From Sminthopsis crassicaudata (taxonomy: Eukaryota), in NCBI RefSeq assembly GCF_048593235.1, contig NC_133622.1, positions 251,538,055 through 251,602,054 of the forward strand: a stretch of 64,000 nt of DNA. Direction: 5' to 3'. Under the pieces are notes generated by a model that saw only the letters and a list, made by a program, of their open reading frames with translations, had not been told where the DNA came from and made no database searches. Each line of letters starts with the position of its first letter. Position 1 is the first letter of the stretch. This document shows, in pieces, positions 58,012 to 64,000 of the stretch. A program made the translations under genes and the position numbers.

Positions 58012-61000
58012 GTCTGCCCCCCGGCCTCTCTCCCCTGACCCTGGGGCCCTGCCAGCGGCTGCCTCCCCCGGCGGGCGCGTGTGCCCGGAGACACGGTCAC
58101 TCGCGTGCCCGAGGGTACACCCGGGCACACACTGCAGAGCCACGTATGCTTACACACACCACACACAGAGTGAGAACGTGTACATTCACCCATGTATGCA
58201 CACATGTGCACACAGGTACTCTCCCACTCCTCCCCTCCCCCATGGCCCTGGCTCTCCTAAAGTGCCCGCAGCCTGGACCAGCCCTGGGCAGACCACGGAG
58301 GGCTGGGGGCCCCGCCCCCCGGCCCCTCCCTGACCTGCTTCCCTGCTCCCAGGCTTTCCTGGTCTATGCCGCGGGGATCTACGCCAACATGGGGAACTAC
58401 AAGTCTTTCGGAGACACCAAGTTTGTTCCCAACTTGCCCAAGGTGAGCCGGGAAGGGTGAGGGCCCATGGGGCTGATGGGAGCGGCTGGAGGCTCACGGG
58501 TGCCCAGGGATGCATTGGGGGAGTCCCGCTTAGGCTTCTGGAGAGCGAGCCCTCTTCAGCTGGGGGAGAGGAGTCTGGGAAATGCCCTACCCTCTTGGTT
58601 CCTCCCTCCCTCCCCGTGCAGGAGAAGCTGGAACGGTTAGTGCTGGGGAGCCGGGCTGCGCAGGAGCACCCTGAAGAGGTGGGGGGACTCTGGCAGGTCT
58701 GTGGGGATCTCATGTTCTCCCTGGAGCCCCAGCAGCGCCACCTGGGCCTGGGAAACGAGGTGAGAGCCTGAAAGGGGGAGAGATGCCCTTAGGGGGTACA
58801 TGGTGCCATGGGAGGGCCCTAGCCTCCTTGCTGTCACAAGGGGGTGACTGGATCCCATGGTGTGGGGTGAGGGTCTGTGGAGCCCAGGGTCCAGAGCTCC
58901 AGAAGCCGAGCCTTCTATGGGACGGTGGGGCTGGGGGTGCCCTCTGAGCTCCAGAAGCTCCCGGAGGGGAGCTGGTGTTTGAGCCGAGCTCTGAAGGAGA
59001 GCAGGAGCCCGCAGGCCCAGCGGACAAAGGCGCAGAGGTGGGAGCTGAGGGCAGGACGGGCAGGGCTGGGAGGAGTTGATATTTGCCCTCCACACCCGCT
59101 TTCCGTAATCCTGCCAGCCTGGACTCCGGCCCCATCCTCACATCCGTTCCACCCTTCCACCCCCGCTCCCATGGGGCCCGGAATGTCCCTGGGGCTGGGG
59201 CCTTGCCCATGTGAGGAGCATCTGAGGGGCTTGTTGGGGCTCCCCGAGGCCCTTGGTGATCATGACATTCTCTTTGGGGTTTTAAATGCTCCCAAGGCCT
59301 TTCCTTGCATTTTCTGCTCTGGGTTCACCCCCACCTTCCAAGGTTTGGCCTGACCCAAGAGCAACAGGGAGCCACTGCAGCTTTTTGAATAGAGGGAAGA
59401 GCGTGGTCAGACTCGTACTCCAGGAAGTTGGGGATCCCGGGTTCTCTGAGGGGGCCATCGCGTGTCTGGTCTATTCCCCTTCCTCCCTAGGATCCTTTGG
59501 TGCTCAGCTGACAGGCTCCCCCCCACGGGCTGCCTTTTCTGCTCCCCCCATGAGGTCCGCCCTCCCCCACAGGATGCCCTTTCTGCTCCCAATGTCCTTG
59601 GCCCTCACTCTCACCTGTGCCTGTGGTGCCCCCTGCAGCGTGCTAGCTCCTTTGGGGCAGGGACATTTTCTCGTCCCTTCACCTCACATGGCGTCGAGGG
59701 CCCCTCGCGGACGTCAGCGCTGATGGTGGCCTTTCCCCTAACAGGGCACCACCACATATTTCTCCGAGAACTGTACCTTGGAAGATGCCAAGCTGGCACA
59801 GAGCTTCTTGGATTCACAGGTAGGAGGCCGGGTGCCAGGCTGTGGGGGCAGGGGGGGCAGCCTCTTTCCCGCAGATGCCCACCTCCTGTTCTCTTCCAGA
59901 ACCTCAGTGCCTACAACACCAGGCTGTTCAAGGGGGCGGACGCAGACGGGAAGCCGTGCTTTGAGGTGCGCCTGGCCTCTATCCTCCGAGGTGAGCCCCG
60001 AGCCTGTGGCAGGCTAACCTTGAGCCTGCGATGGGCTAGCCTGTAAGGAAGGGGCTGCTTGGACATGCCCTCCCCCAGCTCTTCAAGCGCGGGCCTGCCC
60101 CCAAGATTATATGTCCAGGCTCACTTATGTGCATGTGCTCCCCACTTCCCCCAGAATGGCCTGCTTCACTTTGGCCTTCGTGTGCTGAACATGAAAGAGT
60201 GGAAAAGCACTTAGCAGTCCTAAGCACCGCACAGAGTAGGTGCTTGCTGATGATTGCCCTTCCATCCAGCTTCATGCACTTACTATGTTCCAAGTGTGGC
60301 ACACAGTAGGTGCTTGCTGATGATTGCCTCTCCATCCAGCTTCTTGCCTCTGGGTTCTTGCTTCTCACCTCACTCTGTGTCTCTCCAGTTGTCCTAGGAA
60401 GCGGGGTGTCCCTGGGTTCCGTCCCTTGAGCTCCAAGAGGGCAAGGTCCGGGTGCTGGCTCTTTAAGCATTTCCCCTGTTTTCCTGTCCCTGTAGAGACC
60501 ACCCCGGACTCCGACATGACGCCGAAACTGAAGAGCTACGAGTTTGAGGGCTGCCAGTTCCAGGTGACCCGGGGAGACTACTCCCCCCTCCTCCAGAAAG
60601 TGGTACAGCACCTGGAGAAAGCCAAGGTAGTGTCCTGCAAGGATAGAAGGGGGTGGGCCCGGGGGGACCAAGGCAGCTTCCAGGAGACCGGCAGCGCCCC
60701 CTGGCCTCCCTCCCCCACAGGCCTACGCAGCCAATGGCCTCCAGGAGCACATGCTGAGCCAGTACATCGAGAGCTTCACTCAGGGCTCCATCGACGCCCA
60801 CAAGAAGGGCTCCAGATACTGGATTCAGGACAAGGGCCCCATCGTGGAGAGGTGAGAGGGCCATGGGTCCCTGGGGTCCCCGGCCCACACCCTGCCCGCC
60901 CCACGGGCTCCATCGTCGCCCTTCTCTCCCCAGCTACATTGGCTTCATCGAGAGCTACCGAGACCCCTTCGGCTCCCGCGGAGAGTTTGAAGGTATCTTC

Positions 61001-64000
61001 TTGGGGACCAGGGGGCCTCTGGGTACAGGGATTGGGGTCCTAGAGTGGGGGGAACCTTTGGGCCACAGGGGCAGGGGGGTCCACTTCCGTTCCCCCTAGC
61101 TCAGGGCCCACTGGGCCCTAAGCACCGGGGATCCACGAGATGGTCGAGATCGCTCCTGCCCTCGGCGAGCCCCCTCTAACAGGGGAGCCCGTCTGCAGCT
61201 CACTCTGCACATCTGCGTGGTGGGGGCACCCTTCCCGCTTCCCCCATTACTGTGCCCCTGGGGTCCCCTGAGCCCACCCCCCCAGCCCTGCACTTCCTGC
61301 CTCAGGGTTTGTAGCCGTGGTGAACAAGTCCATGAGCGCCAAGTTCGAGCGGCTGGTGGAGAGCGCGGAGCAGCTGCTGAAGGAGCTGCCCTGGCCCCCG
61401 GCCTTCGAGAAAGACAAATTCCTGACCCCGGACTTCACCTCGCTGGACGTGCTCACCTTCGCGGGCTCCGGGATCCCTGCTGGCATCAACATCCCCAACT
61501 GTGAGCGGCATTGCCAGCCTAGGGGAGGGGACACCAGGGCACTGGGCACAAGCATAGGGGGAGGGAGCACAGATGCTCCCTTGCTCCCCTCCCCCTTCAC
61601 GTCCCTTCCCCCGCCCCTCCAGATGACGACCTTCGCCAGAAGGACGGCTTCAAGAATGTGTCTCTGGGCAACGTGCTCGCCGTGGCCTACGCCACCCAGC
61701 GTGAGAAGCTCACCTTCCTGGAAGAAGAGGACAAGGTGAGGGAGGGCTGCTGTGGGGGCCGGGCAGGAGGGAGGGTGGGGGCGGCCGGGTGGCCCTGACC
61801 CTCCCCCTCTGCAGGACCTCTACATCCGCTGGAAGGGGCCGTCCTTCGAAGTCCAGGTGGGGCTGCATGAGCTGCTGGGCCATGGCAGCGGGAAGCTCTT
61901 TGTGCAGGTGAGGTCCCGGACGCCCCTCCCTGTGGCCTCGCCCTGTAAACCTGCCCCATATGAGTGCAAACCCCATATGAGTGGCCGAGGGCCGGCGTCC
62001 GGGGTTCAGCCCCAGTAACCCCGACTGTGAGGGTTTGCGCCTTGGGGGTGCAGCAGGAGCAGGGGCCACGGGGGCCTAGGAAAAGGGCAGCAGAGGTTAC
62101 AGCGGAGAGACAGAGGTGGGGGGTGCAGGGTAGGAGTGTCATGTACCAGCTGAATCTGTTGGCACTGCTGACCCGGTTTTGTTAGTTCAGGGGAGGGGTA
62201 CGTGGAGCATGGGAACGAAGAGCTAAGAAAAGGGAAGGGAGTAGAGGGCCCCCTCCTCTGGGTTTTTTGAGCCAGAGCCTGGCCCGCAGGCCCTGGTTCA
62301 CTGGGAATCTCTGGGACACTGGGCAGCCCTGGGGCGGGCATCCCACCCTTCCGTTCTGGTTCTTCCTGCAGGATGAGAAGGGAGCTTTCAACTTTGACCA
62401 GAACACTGTGATCAACCCAGAAACGGGGGAGCAGGTGAGGGGAGCATAGAGAAGGGTTACCCTATGACCCAAGGGAAGAGCACATAGGGCAGTCCTGGGG
62501 AGCCCCCCACCAACTGGAGGGGAATAGGCGAGGGGGGAGCAGCTGGGCAAGCCCCAGGGCAAGGAGGCCGGGGAACCAGCAGCCCGTCTCCTCCCCCCTG
62601 CCTCACCTCGCCCCCAGATCAGGAGCTGGTACCGGAGTGGCGAGACCTGGGACAGCAAATTCAGCACTATCGCCTCCAGTTATGAGGAGTGCCGGGCTGA
62701 GAGCGTGGGGCTCTACCTCTGCCTCCACCCCCGAGTCCTGGAGTAAGAATGGGCTGGGCTGGGGCAGGGCCAGGGGGCTCTGGGACCCAGGATGGGCCTG
62801 TGAGGGGGCTGGGCAGGGCCGGGGGGCTCTGGGACCCAGGATGGGCCTGTGAGGGGGCTGGGCAGGGCCGGGGGGCTCTGGGACCCAGGATGGGCCTGTG
62901 AGGGGGCTGGGCAGGGCCGGGGGGCTCTGGGACCCAGGATGGGCCTGTGAGGGGGCTGGGCAGGGCCGGGGGGTTCTGGGACCCAGGACAGCCCTATGAG
63001 GAGGATGGGCCTGGGCGCCCCTGATTACCAGCCTGGCTTCCTCCAGGATCTTTGGGCTGGACGGCCCTGAGGCGGAGGACGTGGTCTATGTGAACTGGCT
63101 GAACATGGTGCGGGCCGGGCTGCTGGGCCTGGAATTCTACACCCCCGAGACATCCAGCTGGAGACAGGTAGGGGCCCACCGGGTGATGAGGGTGGGTGTG
63201 GGAATGGGGGTGGAAGCGGGGGGTGAGTATGAGGGGTGAGGGGGCTGGGCACGGCCCGGGCCCCTCAGAGGTCTTTTGGCTGTTCCCTTCTCCTCTCCCT
63301 GCTTTGGGGAGGGGTCAGAAGAGTGAGGGTCCCTTGGGCTGAGACCTGACCTGGTCGCCACAGGCGCATATGCAGGCCCGCTTCGTGATCCTGAGGGTCC
63401 TGCTGGAGGCCGGGGAGGGCCTGGTCACGGTGGTCCCCACCACCGGCTCCGACGGGCGGCCAGATGCCCGGGTCCGCTTGGATCGGCACAAGATCCGCTC
63501 GGTTGGCAAGCCTGCCCTGGAACGGTTCCTGCGGCGACTCCAGGTGAGCAGAGGCTCCTCTGCCCTTTGCCCTTCACTCGGGCCTTAAGGGAAGGGCCGG
63601 GGGGCCCTGAGCAGAAGGCCCCACTGAGGCCGTCCCATTGGCTGGAGAAGCCCCCATCCTTGCTGACTGTCCAGCAGGTCCTTTCCAGCATGTTGCACCC
63701 CCCCACCATGTTTGCCCAGGCTGTGCCCCTGGCCTGGGATGCCTTCCCTCAACCCCAGGCCCTCCCCCCCAATCACCCGGCACTTCACAGGACACCTGGC
63801 ACTAGCTGGGGCTTAGTCAATGCTCGTTGCTTGATTGACGGGAGAACTAAAAGGCCTTGACTTGGAGGCTTGCTCCCTAACCCGTACCTCAATTTCCCCA
63901 TTTGTAAGGGGCCAGGTGACACCTGATACCTCCTCCCCCCAGGTGCTGAAATCGACAGGTGACGTGGCCGCTGGGCGGGCGCTCTACCAGGGCTACTCCG
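57742..64000 (+). CDS. DPP3: Dipeptidyl peptidase 3 (M49 zinc peptidase), 3'-partial. join(57742..58011,58353..58442,58622..58759,59745..59819,59900..59990,60496..60626,60721..60851,60934..60992,61306..61500,61623..61735,61815..61907,62372..62434,62618..62742,63047..63167,63364..63543,63943..>64000)
   Basis: [19 protein letters not shown]; catalytic HELLGH (61866-61883) and EECRAE (62684-62701); ETGE loop. 644 codons in window with consistent phases. Confidence 0.98.
58353..58442 (+). CDS. DPP3: DPP3 coding exon 2
   Basis: [30 protein letters not shown]; 90 nt. Confidence 0.96.
58622..58759 (+). CDS. DPP3: DPP3 coding exon 3
   Basis: [10 protein letters not shown]...HLGLGNE; 138 nt. Confidence 0.96.
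59745..59819 (+). CDS. DPP3: DPP3 coding exon 4
   Basis: [25 protein letters not shown]; 75 nt. Confidence 0.95.
59900..59990 (+). CDS. DPP3: DPP3 coding exon 5
   Basis: [11 protein letters not shown]...EVRLASILR; 91 nt. Confidence 0.94.
60496..60626 (+). CDS. DPP3: DPP3 coding exon 6
   Basis: [17 protein letters not shown]...LEKAK; 131 nt. Confidence 0.94.
60721..60851 (+). CDS. DPP3: DPP3 coding exon 7
   Basis: [19 protein letters not shown]...KGPIVE; 131 nt. Confidence 0.95.
60934..60992 (+). CDS. DPP3: DPP3 coding exon 8
   Basis: [19 protein letters not shown]; 59 nt. Confidence 0.95.
61306..61500 (+). CDS. DPP3: DPP3 coding exon 9
   Basis: [13 protein letters not shown]...[10 protein letters not shown]; 195 nt. 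Confidence 0.96.
61623..61735 (+). CDS. DPP3: DPP3 coding exon 10
   Basis: [18 protein letters not shown]...EEEDK; 113 nt. Confidence 0.96.
61815..61907 (+). CDS. DPP3: DPP3 coding exon 11 (HELLGH)
   Basis: [31 protein letters not shown]; 93 nt. Confidence 0.97.
62372..62434 (+). CDS. DPP3: DPP3 coding exon 12 (ETGE)
   Basis: [21 protein letters not shown]; 63 nt. Confidence 0.96.
62618..62742 (+). CDS. DPP3: DPP3 coding exon 13 (EECRAE)
   Basis: [34 protein letters not shown]; 125 nt. Confidence 0.96.
62762..62988. repeat. 49-bp G-rich minisatellite, ~4.6 copies, in a DPP3 intron
   Basis: gggacccag at 62782, 62831, 62880, 62929, 62978. Confidence 0.97.
63047..63167 (+). CDS. DPP3: DPP3 coding exon 14
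   Basis: [24 protein letters not shown]...SWRQ; 121 nt. Confidence 0.96.
63364..63543 (+). CDS. DPP3: DPP3 coding exon 15
   Basis: [19 protein letters not shown]...FLRRLQ; 180 nt. Confidence 0.96.
63943..64000 (+). CDS. DPP3: DPP3 coding exon 16 (truncated by window edge)
   Basis: ccccag| [19 protein letters not shown]... Confidence 0.95.
   Translation, partial: MLKSTGDVAAGRALYQGYS

Overview
Marsupial genomic DNA, most likely an Australian marsupial and possibly a dasyuromorph. This is inferred from WSINE1-like and MAR1-like CORE-SINEs and marsupial-type L1. The window carries the conserved gene block NPAS4 (+, 8 coding exons, 795 aa), MRPL11 (-, 5 exons, 193 aa), PELI3 (+, 6 coding exons, ~446 aa, exon 4 clipped by an N-gap) and DPP3 (+, 16 coding exons seen, runs off the right edge). 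I built all exon models by hand from GT-AG boundaries with consistent phases. Comparisons to human proteins are from memory and need database confirmation. The NPAS4 upstream region shows a readable activity-dependent regulatory layout: an AP-1/MEF2 cluster ~3.2 kb upstream, two RE1/REST sites, a CArG box, a CRE pair, a TATA box and a perfect RFX X-box. Intergenic DNA holds young SINEs with target-site duplications, an L1 nested antisense inside another L1 at its ORF2 stop codon, several tandem arrays (82, 49, ~227 and ~32 bp units), an orphan 219-codon ORF and a candidate unannotated minus-strand exon near 1.9 kb. Six N-gaps, one pair flanking an 11-bp island, suggest a mapping-based or gap-patched assembly. 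I found no rRNA, tRNA, CRISPR or clearly novel multi-gene system.
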